A stretch of 64,000 nucleotides of DNA. It comes from Myxococcota bacterium (GTDB taxonomy: Bacteria > Myxococcota > XYA12-FULL-58-9 > JABJBS01). Where the stretch lies: NCBI GenBank assembly GCA_036339465.1, contig JAYZAY010000021.1, positions 1 through 64,000 on the forward strand, read 5' to 3'. This document shows, in pieces, positions 28,985 through 40,253 of the stretch; the stretch's first letter is position 1; each line of letters begins with the position of its first letter. The position numbers were made by a program, and so were the translations under genes. The notes below the pieces were generated by a model, which was not told the DNA's origin, did not search any database, and was given only the letters and a program-made list of their open reading frames with translations.

Positions 28985-29635
28985 TCATTTCTGAGAACTG
29001 CGCGGGACATCCCGGAATTGGCGAATGGATTTATCTCTTCCAGAGCCCCTGCGGTAACGCTCGTAATGTTGAGGCTTTTTTGTGTAGTAACTCTGATGGT
29101 AGGGCTCCGCAGGGTAGAAGTGGCCGGCTTTTAGGATTTCGACCACCACCGGCTTTTGAAAGCGCCTGGAATCGTTGAGTTGCTTTTTAGAGGAGATGGC
29201 GTCTGTGCGTTGCACTTCGGTGACCCAGAAGATACCAGGTCGGTATTGGGGGCCCCTGTCCACAAATTGACCCTTCCCGTCGGTTGGATCTATGTTTTTC
29301 CAGAAAATTTCGAGAATCTCTTTGTATTTTACGATATTTGAATCGAACACCACCCTGATCGCTTCCGTATGTCCGGTTTTGCCCATTGCCACCGCTCTAT
29401 AGTTGGGGTTCTTTTCCAAGCCACCGGTATATCCGACCGTCGTCTTAATGACGCCTTTAACTTGATCGAAGGTCGATTGCATGCACCAGAAACAGCCCCC
29501 CGCAAGGATCGCAGTTTCTTGCTTAGGGAAAGCCTCGGATGTCGCGGGCGCTAGGGAGAATACCCATATAAATGTTGCCGGCATTCTTAAGAAGAGGAGC
29601 TTCAACGTATTCTTCATGGTTAATGATGTTTCCAA
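28985..29635 (-). CDS. msrA: Peptide methionine sulfoxide reductase MsrA, exported
   Basis: AGGCFWC, GYTGG, GHTEA, DRGPQYR, FYPAEPYHQ; signal peptide. Confidence 0.97.
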   Translation of the reverse strand: METSLTMKNTLKLLFLRMPATFIWVFSLAPATSEAFPKQETAILAGGCFWCMQSTFDQVKGVIKTTVGYTGGLEKNPNYRAVAMGKTGHTEAIRVVFDSNIVKYKEILEIFWKNIDPTDGKGQFVDRGPQYRPGIFWVTEVQRTDAISSKKQLNDSRRFQKPVVVEILKAGHFYPAEPYHQSYYTKKPQHYERYRRGSGRDKSIRQFRDVPRSSQK

Positions 29636-30084
29636 TGAATGTTGTTAATTCGGGGCCTATCGCAAGACAGAGCCTATGGTGATTTAGCCAAATGGCAAGC
29701 TCAAGACACGATTTGTGAAGGAGGAGGTGATTGAGTAATGAAGAGAAACCCTATTCATACTCAGGTGCGACGATGAATAGGGCGTGGATGCCCGTGAACT
29801 ACGACCTCTTGTTGACGAGGCTTATAATTGGACCCGCCCCTGGTTTTGGGTTGGTACCTCCAACCACCGAGAAGACTCTGAATCCTATGAAGTTCAAAAA
29901 AGTATTGCCCACTGGAAGCCAATCTTAAGCCCAGAACAATTCGCAAATCCTAAGCGCTAACCCCACTGAGCGTGGATTGTGCGGTAGGTCTTGGCAGTAA
30001 AAGTCGCTGGCGCATTATCACGCTTCCATGGAGCGACTCATTCTCCAGTTGTATCTGCCTCCACTGGATTGTTTGTGATTTCTG

Positions 30085-30291
30085 TGTCTTTCCTGTCGTT
30101 TGTCTTTCCTGTCGTTTGTCTTTCCTGTCGTTTGTCTTTCCTGTCGTTTGTCTTTCCTGTCGTTTGTCTTTCCTGTCGTTTGTGTTTTCTTTGTTTTCTT
30201 TGTTTTCTTTGTTTTCTTTGTTTTCTATGTTTTCTATGTTTTCTATGTTTTCTATGTTTTCTATGTTTTCTGTGTTGGATGTGGTTTATGT
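30085..30291. repeat. Compound tandem repeat: six 16-bp units followed by 9-bp units
   Basis: (TGTCTTTCCTGTCGTT)x6 at 30085-30180; GTTTTCTTT x4, GTTTTCTAT x5, GTTTTCTGT, GTTGGATGT, GGTTTATGT at 30184-30291. Confidence 0.97.
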
Positions 30292-30837
30292 CGCCATTCG
30301 GAAACTCTATTTTCGGCCCAGAATGAAATATTTACCCCATTTGCGATTTAGACTTTCCGGAATCCATGCCCACCTTTCCAATGCCTAAGAGCACCCCCCT
30401 CGTTTGTCTTATTGCATTCCTTCTTTGTTTACTCGTTCCCATTTAAAGCGGATTCCGTGCATCTAACTGGCTCGATTTTGTTTTTGTCTGGGATAAGCGT
30501 TATGTTTTGAGAGAGTGTGGTCCTAGAATTTTTCTTTGGACGGGCATTTCGTTTTGAGGTGGATGACTGGTTTCTCGGGGTGAAGGAATCTTTTGTTTTA
30601 GCGACGTAGTGGCGTGTCAAGGCGGGCTTTCAGGTGGGGCTGCTTGTAACGGGTTTAATAAGGTCGACTTGCATTATGCCAGGCAAGGTTGTTCTTTAAG
30701 TAAGCGATTGAAAATTTGACTTGAAGCCAATGCTGGCGAAGCAGGAACTTGGTACGGACATGACGTGTGGATTTAAATTTTAGGGGTGCTATCTCAAAAG
30801 CAGACCGGACAACTTTTGGAAGTGAGTTAATGAAACC

Positions 30838-32694
30838 ATGAATATATCGACGCGTATCCTAGGAGGTTATGGCCTTATGGTCGTACTGATGCTCGCGGTT
30901 GGGGGAGGGTCTGTAGGGGCACTCAATCAACTCGACGAAAATCTTCGATATCTTTCCGAGAAGGTATCTCACACGGTAGAACTCGTCACCACTACGGTTT
31001 TGGATTTGGGTAAACAGCGTGGACTCGCCACTGGCCTTCAGCAAGGTAGGGCCTCTGAGGGTGAGCTTAAGAGAATCGTGGCTTCCATGGAGACTACTGG
31101 GGAGACGCTAAACAAAATTGCCGCATTTGGAATGATTGAGGGTTCAGAGTTAGAGCAACTCAAGTTGGCATTTAGTAACTACCTAACCGAGCTTGAAGGG
31201 TTGACCCTAGAATTTCGTAGCTTAGAGCCAAAGAAAAATTCATACCTGGAAGTTGCTGCCAAGGCTCGAGCTCTTAGTAGGGCTATGTTGGGAGAGAGTA
31301 GTGCCATAGCGCCAATTATTTCTGAATTGGGCCAACAACGTTACCTCGTTAAAGAGATGGAATTAGGCGGTGAACTTACCGATACACAGGGGAAAATACG
31401 TCGCTCGGTTTCAAACATGGACGACGATCTAGGTGATGTTCTTACCAATTATACTACCGACTCCGCCGACAACTTACGAAGAGCGGTTGAATCCTACGGT
31501 GAACGTCTTAATACCTACCTGGAAGGTTTTAAGGTTTTCTCAGAGAAAACGAACGGCTATTCAGAGCAAGCGGACTCCTTTCGTGAAACGCTCATGCACT
31601 TGGAAACAAACATTGCTGAAGAACAACGCACGGTTTTAAGTGAACTTGATGAATCCAGCAAAAATGCTGTGACGGTCGTGAGTTTTGCGGTTGTCGCTTC
31701 GGTACTTGTTTGCTTGTTTGTGGGCTTTGCGGTGGCCAGATCCATTGTCAATCCCATAAGGGAAATGTTGAGTCGTTTAAGGAATATGGCTGAAGGGGAA
31801 GGGGATTTGACTCAGCGGCTTATGTGTACTTCAAATGATGAAATTGGCGCTACGGCAGAGTGTTTCAATCTTTTTGTGGAGAAAGTTCAGAGGGTTGTTG
31901 CCAAGGTTGGACAAAATTGTGGGGTTTTTGATGGTGCATCCGCAGATATGTCGAAAGTGAGTAGTAGTATGACCAAGAGTGCGGGCCAGACTTCTGATAA
32001 GGCCCGCGCGGTTTCAGGCTCAGCTCGAAATGTGAGCGACAATATTGCCTCCATTGCGAACGCAACCCAAGAAATGGAAACAACGATCAGTGAAATTGCT
32101 AAAACAGTAGCGGAATCGGCCAAAGTGGCGGGGGCATCGGTTACGACTGCGCGGAGTACGTCGTCAATGGTGATGAAGCTTGTAGATAGCAGTGCGCAAA
32201 TTGGGAGCATTGTTCGAATCATTGCTTCTATCGCCGAACAAACCAATCTATTAGCTCTCAATGCGACCATTGAGGCGGCTCGAGCTGGTGAGGCAGGTAA
32301 GGGGTTTGCGATTGTTGCCAATGAGGTGAAGGAATTGGCTAAGGAAACGGCAAAGGCGACTGAGGATATTGAGCGTCAAGCCTTGCTGATTCAGAATGAG
32401 AGTTCAGGGGCCGGTGAGGCAATTGGGGAAATAACCGAGATTGTGAGTAGTCTTGATGGCTACACGACCTTAGTTGCGGTGGCCATTGAGGAACTGAATG
32501 CCACAGTCAATCTTGTGTCCAGAAATCTTGCTTCTAGTTCGACCAGCAGCCATGAGATTGCCGACAATTGTAATGCCTTGGTGGAAGTCGCCGTTAATAC
32601 CACCGAATTTGCAGCCCAAACTCAGAGTTCTGCTGGTGGTGTAACCAATAGCTCGTGTACCTTGAGGGATTTGGTTGGTCAATTTAGGTATTGA
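30838..32694 (+). CDS. Methyl-accepting chemotaxis protein
   Basis: Two TM helices, HAMP (GEGDLTQRL...DEIG), hairpin [30 protein letters not shown]. Confidence 0.97.
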   Translation: MNISTRILGGYGLMVVLMLAVGGGSVGALNQLDENLRYLSEKVSHTVELVTTTVLDLGKQRGLATGLQQGRASEGELKRIVASMETTGETLNKIAAFGMIEGSELEQLKLAFSNYLTELEGLTLEFRSLEPKKNSYLEVAAKARALSRAMLGESSAIAPIISELGQQRYLVKEMELGGELTDTQGKIRRSVSNMDDDLGDVLTNYTTDSADNLRRAVESYGERLNTYLEGFKVFSEKTNGYSEQADSFRETLMHLETNIAEEQRTVLSELDESSKNAVTVVSFAVVASVLVCLFVGFAVARSIVNPIREMLSRLRNMAEGEGDLTQRLMCTSNDEIGATAECFNLFVEKVQRVVAKVGQNCGVFDGASADMSKVSSSMTKSAGQTSDKARAVSGSARNVSDNIASIANATQEMETTISEIAKTVAESAKVAGASVTTARSTSSMVMKLVDSSAQIGSIVRIIASIAEQTNLLALNATIEAARAGEAGKGFAIVANEVKELAKETAKATEDIERQALLIQNESSGAGEAIGEITEIVSSLDGYTTLVAVAIEELNATVNLVSRNLASSSTSSHEIADNCNALVEVAVNTTEFAAQTQSSAGGVTNSSCTLRDLVGQFRY

Positions 32695-32765
32695 GATTGT
32701 ATTTTCTGTTTGTTATGTGAACATTTATTCTCGTAACTAGAAGTTCAAGCCCCCAAAGACGACCC

Positions 32766-34610
32766 TTGCTGATGAAACAGCCCAACAAAGCACCTCAGCC
32801 TAGACCAAAAACACAAAGATCCAAAACCGGGAAAATTCCCGTGGAACCCGCAACAAACGAATCTGTACGCCGAAAACCACGACGTTGCCGTCCTTCTTTT
32901 AATCGGAAACAATCGGTAAGCGCCCGACAAAACTCAGCCACCAAGGAGACTAAGTTGTATAACACGCGCCTTAATGCTGCACCCTCGGTGCCCCCCCAAG
33001 CAACTTCAACCACAGAGCTTTCGTTGGAAAGTGCCAAAATCGAAGCAAACACCAACCCAGACAGCTGGGTCGCACGCTCCAGTGCCGCAGCCAAAACCCT
33101 AGGCTCCGTCAAGCCATTTATTGAGCCCGGTCTAACCTTTCCCGAAGATGGAACCTCAGACGGTATCACCGACGATGCCAAATTTTACCTATCCTATATC
33201 CCCAAACGCGTGGTCGCATTTTTCAAAGCTGCATTGATAAGCCTGGTCATTGGCGGAAAGAGACTTCAAGCCCACTTAACAATGCTCACTCAGGATGGAC
33301 CTAAACCCGTAGAGATTACCACCCATGAAGGGGTGCCAGGCGTTCTAAAGGTCCGTCCGGAAGAAGAAGCCGACTTTCTAAAATATCGTTCACCACTCTA
33401 CACCAGCATCGCCACTACCGGCGTTGCCAAACAAGACGCACTCGACAGTTGTGGACGACAAAAAATCAAAGTGGTCAGTGACGAGACTTTCAGAAAGATG
33501 ATTCTCCACACCCCGCTGAGTCATGCATTACCCTTAGACCCAGAAAACCCAAAATTCTATAAACTCGATCTAAGTGCACAATTCGCCATCGACACAAAAA
33601 ATGGCACCACCTACCAAGTCAAGACCGTGCGGATCCCTGTTAATCCGATCAATGACGAACGTGCCACCATTGAACTCGATACCGGAAAAGTGGTCGAAGC
33701 CCCCGCACCCGATGAAAAGAGCCAGACGTGGGATCTCGCAAAACTCTATTTCCAAATGTCTTGGGCCCATGCCGTGGTTGGACTCTTCCACACTTGGGTT
33801 CACTTCGGTGTACCCGATGTCGCCGCTGCCTCCCTTACCAATGGTGTCCTAGACGGAACCATCAAAGAAGGTTCCACCTTACACAACCTCTTAGCCCCCC
33901 ATCTTCGCTTTACCATGCGAATCAACAATCAAGCTTTAAACGTCGGCCGATTTTCAGCAGAAGAACCTCTTCAAATGGCCCACGAAGCGTTCACCAAAAC
34001 CATCGCCAAGATAGTTGCAAAAGAAGAAATAGTTATACCCCGTGGCCGCCGCTCCGCTTCTCCATATGAGTATTTCTTGCATGAATACAAAAAACCAATT
34101 CGAAAATTCGTTGATACGATTGCCTCTAAGATTGATCCCAACGAATACCAAGCGTGGATCGCCCCCCTTGCCGAACACTATCCTGGCCTAGCCAAACCTT
34201 GCTTCCCCCCATCCATGGAAGAAGTCCTTACCGATCTGATTTGGCAAGTATCCGTCGTTCACTCCTCCGATCACCATGCCGCTTATAAGTTCAGAAACTA
34301 TGGTGTTTCCACTATTCCCAAGAAATTCTCTGATGCGAGCCCTGACGAACTCGCTGACCCAACCTCATTGGTTGATTCAGCCACCACCACCAACTTCAGA
34401 ACCGCCGTGGACATTTTTGCTCAACACCTAGATCTTCACCCAAACCTCGACAACCGCACCGCCTCTGCAAACTATGATTTTCAAGGCAACTCGGAAAAAC
34501 GGGCCGCACAAACTTTAAAATCTGAAATCCAAGCACTCGATACCCGAATGAAAAAAGAAGGCGTGCAGTTCTGTCCAGCCACAACGATGCTTCAGTCCGT
34601 CTGCCTTTAA
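32766..34610 (+). CDS. Divergent lipoxygenase-like protein with disordered N-terminal extension
   Basis: WDLAK, HTWVH, LLAPHLRFTMRIN, SVVHSSDH and C-terminal QSVCL occur in lipoxygenase order. Confidence 0.75.
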   Translation: MLMKQPNKAPQPRPKTQRSKTGKIPVEPATNESVRRKPRRCRPSFNRKQSVSARQNSATKETKLYNTRLNAAPSVPPQATSTTELSLESAKIEANTNPDSWVARSSAAAKTLGSVKPFIEPGLTFPEDGTSDGITDDAKFYLSYIPKRVVAFFKAALISLVIGGKRLQAHLTMLTQDGPKPVEITTHEGVPGVLKVRPEEEADFLKYRSPLYTSIATTGVAKQDALDSCGRQKIKVVSDETFRKMILHTPLSHALPLDPENPKFYKLDLSAQFAIDTKNGTTYQVKTVRIPVNPINDERATIELDTGKVVEAPAPDEKSQTWDLAKLYFQMSWAHAVVGLFHTWVHFGVPDVAAASLTNGVLDGTIKEGSTLHNLLAPHLRFTMRINNQALNVGRFSAEEPLQMAHEAFTKTIAKIVAKEEIVIPRGRRSASPYEYFLHEYKKPIRKFVDTIASKIDPNEYQAWIAPLAEHYPGLAKPCFPPSMEEVLTDLIWQVSVVHSSDHHAAYKFRNYGVSTIPKKFSDASPDELADPTSLVDSATTTNFRTAVDIFAQHLDLHPNLDNRTASANYDFQGNSEKRAAQTLKSEIQALDTRMKKEGVQFCPATTMLQSVCL

Positions 34611-34689
34611 GGTTTGTCTAACGCGGTATTGAAGGTTATCCGGCCTAAACCCTAGTGGCACGAGCTACCCGAGTTCCCTTAATATTCTC

Positions 34690-36026
34690 CTAAAGGCCCC
34701 TAACCCGAAGACGCATGCCGTTTTGCGACATCATCGTAATGATGGTGTGGGGCTTCGGAACAAATCCAGACATCCGCTCCAAGCGACAGACTTCCAAAAC
34801 CTTCGAAATAATAATCATGGCTTCTGCCATGGCCAATCGGTCACCAATGCATTTGCGCGGAACTCCCACGAAGGGAATAAACCGGTAATTATACCCGTTT
34901 TCCTGCATAAGAAAACGCTCCGGGCGATATTCTTCTGGGCAATCCCAATAACGGGGCGAACGGTGCAATCCATAGATAGGACATAAAACAATGCTATTAG
35001 AAGCAACGACATAATCACCCAACAACACGTCTCTGATTGACGTTCTCGCCAACACAGGAATAACGGGATAAATCCTGAGAGCTTCATTAAAAGCCACTTC
35101 CGTATAACGAAGCTCCCGGTATTGACTCGGTTTCATTATCTTATCCGGTGCAACTTCAACAATCTCAACCCTTATCTTTTCCTGAACATCCGGATGCCCC
35201 GCCAGCAAATAGAAAAACCAAGTAAAGGCTGCATTGATGGTATCGTGACCCGCGAGAAAAATCGTAATCAACTCATCACGAAGCTGATGCCGGGACATCC
35301 CCTCGCCGGTTTCTTCATCAACAACGCTAAGAAACATCGAGAGAACATGACTCTTCCTTCCTTGAGCGGTGCCTCGATCAATGAGTTCGTACACAATTCG
35401 GTCTAGAGTCTCCACCGCCTCTCGTTCCGCGCGGTGGGTTTTGGTGGGCACCCACCGGGGTAGGGTTATCGGCGGATAAACTCGCCTTAAAAAGGCATCC
35501 CCCGCTAAGGAGGAACCGCGATGCACTTCCTAAGCAACCTCCTTAGAATCTGTCCCCAAAAAACCTGACTGGCAATCTGAGTCGTGAGGAGTGTGACCGC
35601 GGGTGACACGTCAATTTCGTCCCACTCTAATGTTGCCCAATCATGGACCAACGCATTCGAAAATTTTTCAATATCAGCGCAGTAGCCCTCAATGGCTTTG
35701 ACATGAAAGGAATTATTCACAGACTTCCGTTGCCGACGCCACAACTCTCCTTCACTGGTCACCAACCCATTGCCCATGAGGTATTTCATTTCACGATACT
35801 TATTGCTTTTGCGAAAATCTTGATGGTCGGATCGAAGCATCTTCTCAACTAAAGCGGGGGAATTCACCAAATAGGCATCCATGGGGAAGGGAAGATAACT
35901 CAACTCCCCATAGGTTTCGCAAAGAACTTCAAGCTCTTTTACCGAACCACGACGAAAACACTGTGCCACTCGAATTGCCTGCCACCGATTAGGACCGGCC
36001 GGACGTGGTGACTTTGATGGAAACAT
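34690..36026 (-). pseudogene. Cytochrome P450, frameshifted
   Basis: N-part GNGLVTSEGELWRRQRK (35505-36026); C-part AGHDT, EALR, PERF, PRKCIG (34690-35526) in another frame; heme loop degenerate (FVGVP). Confidence 0.88.
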
Positions 36027-36350
36027 TATTCTTCGCGCGCAGGAAACGCTGATTTAGGAATAAAGCCGACAAAACTGGCACACCCGAATTTTCCTCAATT
36101 ACCACACCTGGCCCCATCTGACACCCAGCCCCTATAAATGAGTTTGCCCCGACCTTGATTGTCTTTAAGTAAAGTATACGCATTTCTCCCTTTTTGCGAA
36201 CCACATGGGGAGAAAGATAAACCTCATTGCCAAAAAACACATTGTCGCCAATATCGATATGACCGCGGTCGGTGACCTTTACCAAGGTCGCCCAAAAAAC
36301 CTTATCTCCTACTTGGCTGCCCCACGCCCTCAACCAAGAGGAGTATAGAT
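35989..36350 (-). pseudogene. Left-handed beta-helix acyltransferase, 5' truncated
   Basis: LRAWGSQVG, IGDNVFFG, VGANSFIGAGC hexapeptide pattern; 5' end abuts the asnB remnant. Confidence 0.7.
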
Positions 36351-37537
36351 GTTTTCAAAAGTCTCTGGGTTCCAATACTTCTCAAAACGTGGGTCGCCGG
36401 AAAAAAAACGCACCCACTCTGCAATGGGAATATAGAGCGGTTGCTTGTGTCGCTTTCTGATAAACTCAGGATTTCTACTTCGGTGCATCTCTTTTAAAAT
36501 ATCTTTTTCGTTCATGCCTCGAAGTCTATCCGTCTCAGGAAGCGACAGCGCCACATCCACAAAACCATCATCCAAATACGGCACCCGAAGCTCCAGCCCA
36601 TGGGCCGAACTCATTCGACCCGCCATCAATAGAACCCAATTGGGCAAGCTAACTGCCAACTCAAAATCGAGATTTTGATGGAGGTGAGAGTAGGGCGCTA
36701 ATTTCGGAACCAAGGAATTCTTAAAATAGTTTTCTTCCTCGTTCTGATATATCGGAAATTCGCCCTTCCAATCATCACCGAAGACATCACTCACATAGGT
36801 GTGTAACAAGCCCCAAGTCGCAATTTTTTGAGGGTAAAAACCGTAGGTCTCACGAATATTATCGGCTTCAGCCTAACGGTGCCCGTCCACATAAAATCGA
36901 ATCAAGGAAAATGCTAAATCAAACCATGAAAATCCTCCGGGTAATTTAAGCGATGGGGAAGGCGACTCAATCCGCCCATTAGTTTCGCGCGTGTCAAAGT
37001 GTTACGACGTTTCATCCAACGAAACCCATCATAACCCGCCAAAAGTTGGTCAGGGCCTTCACCAGAGAGCACCACTCGGTGCCCTGATTCACAGACCCCG
37101 AACGCGAGCAATCCAGAGTTCCTGTTTTCTGGGGTTCCGCAGGGCAAATGCAAACATTCCATGTAATCGCGTAAGAGCATGGAGTCCAAAGCGCAAAAGG
37201 GAAGCCTACAAAACTTGGGTATCACCTTGGGTATCAAAACGGGTCCCATATTCATGGATTTCTTTTCTTAGATTCTTGTAATTATATATCTCACCATTGT
37301 AGACCAATCGCGGTAGCTCTGGATTGCTCACCTTTGGGGGAAACGGCTGATCCGACCGAGGATCTAAATCAATAACCCGAAGGCGATTGTGCCCTAAAGC
37401 AATATTGTTGTGGATCCCATGCGCAGAAAAATCCGACCCCCGGTGCTCTTTTGAGCGCCCAGCATCCGAGCCATCGCATTCTTGAGTTCATCCTTGTGGA
37501 TGATGCTAAGGGGCAGAATGGATGAAATCCCGCACAC
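36330..37537 (-). pseudogene. asnB: Asparagine synthase (glutamine-hydrolysing)-like amidotransferase, fragmented
   Basis: GTG start (M)CGI with GAAGGA RBS, ALGHNRL.VID, VYNGEIYN, VVLSGEG.D.L.AGY, AHGLELRVPYLD, EK.ILK across several frames; far shorter than an intact gene. Confidence 0.85.
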
Positions 37538-37680
37538 ATCTATGTCCTTCAGTCTTTAGCTAAAGCATAGCCCTAGTATCCCAAGATTCAAAATATGAGG
37601 AAAATGACTATGGGTTAGAAAAGAACTGGTACAAATTATTCAATTTAGTCGGATTTTGACACAACCCACCCCCACCTTCT

Positions 37681-37688
37681 GCCGATAA
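37681..37688 (+). promoter_or_regulatory. Sigma-28-like -10 element
   Basis: Perfect GCCGATAA in intergenic DNA upstream of the 37793 ORF; -35 weak (ACAAC). Confidence 0.35.
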
Positions 37689-37792
37689 CCTAGGAAAGAG
37701 CGTGATTTTCGGCGGTTAACTCAAAAGCCCAGAGGGGCACCTGCGGAAGCCATGTTCAGATAATTCGATAGGGACTGTATGTAAGTCCAATA

Positions 37793-38713
37793 TTGATCAC
37801 AATATGCCGGAGACCTAAACCCATGCTGCTAAGAGAAAGTGTTCGAATTCATCACAGGGTTGAACACACGACTACTGTCAGTCACTTAAGTGCCACACCT
37901 ACTCGAAACCATAGAGAAGCCACAGAGAAAGCCACCTCTTCAGTTGTCACCAAATTTACATCTAATATTGAAAGAGTCCAAATTCGAACCATAGAAGCCC
38001 CCGAAAGACGGAATGTCCTCTGCCCCCCCCCGCCCAGTTCGGACTCAATCCTTGGGCGCCGTTCCATTTCCTGCGGAAACTCCGACCTTTTGCGCTATAG
38101 AGCTCCTACTTCCATCGCAGGAGCGCTCAATTGCCCCCCAAAACCAATTCAAGATGGGCCAGCCACAGACAATTCTAATCGTATTAGCGCAATAGAGAAT
38201 AAGCTAGCTACCGATGCGGCTCCACCTGCTCCAAGGATTTTTCAATCCATTAAAGCCACCTTTGAAGGCCTGCAAAAAGCATGGATAAAAAATGACGACG
38301 GTAAGCGGGCCTACGGAAAGTTAGTTCCCGGATTGATCCGTTGTGTTTTGATGTCGCCATTTTGGTTAATCGGCCTCGTTTACGCCGGCCCAAGATCTCT
38401 TGCCGATAATATCCACCAGTGGGCCATAGACGATCTAAAGAGCGATACTCCAAACCATTCAAAACTCTTTTGGGGAGCCTCTTCGTTGTTGTCGGTCCCA
38501 ATCAGACTCACCATACCCATGGCTATCCTTACGTTGCACTTGACCACAGGCATAGGCGGTCTTGCCGTAACTCTTTTTCTAGAAGCCGTGGTCATTAGCG
38601 AAGAAGCTGTAAAATCAACCGAAGGGCGCTTTCAAAAAATGATGATTTATCGAGCTATAGAAGATTTGGTCTATGGGTTTGAGTTGCTTTCCTCCTGCTT
38701 TCCTCGTTCATGA
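37793..38713 (+). CDS. Hypothetical protein, low-complexity N-terminus and two C-terminal hydrophobic stretches
   Basis: 306-aa ORF; GGAG before ATG 37823 suggests the true start. Confidence 0.65.
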   Translation: MITICRRPKPMLLRESVRIHHRVEHTTTVSHLSATPTRNHREATEKATSSVVTKFTSNIERVQIRTIEAPERRNVLCPPPPSSDSILGRRSISCGNSDLLRYRAPTSIAGALNCPPKPIQDGPATDNSNRISAIENKLATDAAPPAPRIFQSIKATFEGLQKAWIKNDDGKRAYGKLVPGLIRCVLMSPFWLIGLVYAGPRSLADNIHQWAIDDLKSDTPNHSKLFWGASSLLSVPIRLTIPMAILTLHLTTGIGGLAVTLFLEAVVISEEAVKSTEGRFQKMMIYRAIEDLVYGFELLSSCFPRS

Positions 38714-38988
38714 AGAAATAGGAAATCCGATTTAAGGAAAAGAGAAGGGTGACCTCAATACCTTAGATAGAAATCAGAGGCCGTAAAACATCGCCTCACA
38801 CAACGGCTTCACAATCTCTATATACCCTCCGGTAATTCAAAGGAACCGGTATTCCTTCAACATTTCTTTTCCCCATACCACGATTGATTTGTGTCGATTT
38901 GGCCAACAGCACTTCGGGTTACCTATCGAGCCACCTTCGCACGAAAGGCAACTCAGCAAGCGAGCAAACATCATTGCCAAAATCGATA

Positions 38989-39546
38989 TTAATCGTAGGT
39001 TTGATCTCCCCGATCCCATTTTTCTTCTAGTTTTCTGAGTTCCTCTAGATCCTGAATAAATCCATACCGCCCAAGTGTACGTGGCTTAAGTAAACGTGGT
39101 GCCTCTAAATTGTCGTACCGAGCAAAAAATAGCCCATCCTTAATGGCGCCGTAGATCGAATGGACATAGCCAGATTCATCGTTCTTATGGGGTAAGAAAA
39201 CATCCAAGCTTTGACCCGCAACCACACTCGCGACAAGTTCCTCTGCCATTTTCCAATTTTGGGGCTTCGAATCATGGTTGCCATTGTCATCTTGAATAAT
39301 TTCGATCTTCAAAAACTTTCCATCCCTCACCTCGATCCGAACAATGGCCATCTCTCGCGCCACAAAACCATGATGTCCGTAATACGAACCACTAAGGATG
39401 TGCTTCAAAAATGAACCATCTTTTAGCATGCCCTCTACCAGCGCTTCATCCCTTTCATAAATCGTGGGTGGCGAAGGCCAAAAAAGAAAATAAGCGACAC
39501 TTCCTATCACCCCAATGATAAACAACACAAAAACAGTTCTGTCCAT
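38989..39546 (-). CDS. Membrane-anchored FMN-binding-domain-like protein
   Basis: N-terminal TM from ATG 39546; SGSYYG...VRIEVRDGKFLKIEII...VVAGQSLDV...IYGAIKDGL; the SGAT motif is absent. Confidence 0.55.
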   Translation of the reverse strand: MDRTVFVLFIIGVIGSVAYFLFWPSPPTIYERDEALVEGMLKDGSFLKHILSGSYYGHHGFVAREMAIVRIEVRDGKFLKIEIIQDDNGNHDSKPQNWKMAEELVASVVAGQSLDVFLPHKNDESGYVHSIYGAIKDGLFFARYDNLEAPRLLKPRTLGRYGFIQDLEELRKLEEKWDRGDQTYD

Positions 39547-39723
39547 AAATCGCCTCAACAACAAGCTATTCAGTAACCAAGCCAAAAGAACCTTCGTGTC
39601 TCTACTTATATTCCTCAAAGATCCAACGCCACCGTGATCTAGAACACGACATCGAATTATTTTGTAAGCCAAACATTCTGGACAGGTGTACAAATCAAAA
39701 CAGCTTGCTATTGATCTCAACAC

Positions 39724-40230
39724 ATGACTGAAAAAACTTTGGTGGGTAACAATACTATGCAGAACAAACCTCAAGAAGACGAAAAATCCAGTAAACTTAC
39801 TAAATTCACCCAATTCGATGTCGACGGTACCGGCTTCGAAGGTGCACAATTTTCGGTAAACCAAGGAAAGGTGGTTTTGGCTGGTGAAAATGTGTTGGTA
39901 CCCGTCAAGGGATACGCTCTAACGGCGCTCTATACAAAATCTGGCCTAAAATCCCTGGAACTAAAACTTTATGTCGACCTCGAAGGCATCGAGCGAATTT
40001 ATGAAGCGTTCGGAATCATCATGGACGTGCTTCGTGCCTCAAGCCCAAATCCCTACGACAAATCTGAAGTTACGTTGGTCATTTCCGAAAGTGTTCTTGC
40101 AAAATGCAAGGATATAGCCGCCACAGGAAACAACCCCGACGACCGACTCCTAGAACTCTTAAAAACAAAGCCAGAATTAATTCAAACCCTCGATTCCTGG
40201 ACCTTTAGTAAAGCCAACCCACTCAACTAA
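39724..40230 (+). CDS. Hypothetical protein, probably co-transcribed with the large downstream gene
   Basis: 168-aa ORF ending 23 bp before ATG 40254. Confidence 0.7.
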   Translation: MTEKTLVGNNTMQNKPQEDEKSSKLTKFTQFDVDGTGFEGAQFSVNQGKVVLAGENVLVPVKGYALTALYTKSGLKSLELKLYVDLEGIERIYEAFGIIMDVLRASSPNPYDKSEVTLVISESVLAKCKDIAATGNNPDDRLLELLKTKPELIQTLDSWTFSKANPLN

Positions 40231-40253
40231 TTAGCTCAAATAGGTGATAAAAG

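Noticed and set aside
29972..30388. Cys/Phe-rich ORFs in three frames
   Set aside because: Stop-free simple repeat with no RBS or protein-like composition.
32766..36026. LOX-P450 oxylipin pathway
   Set aside because: The genes are convergent, and the P450 is broken and belongs to the asnB cassette.
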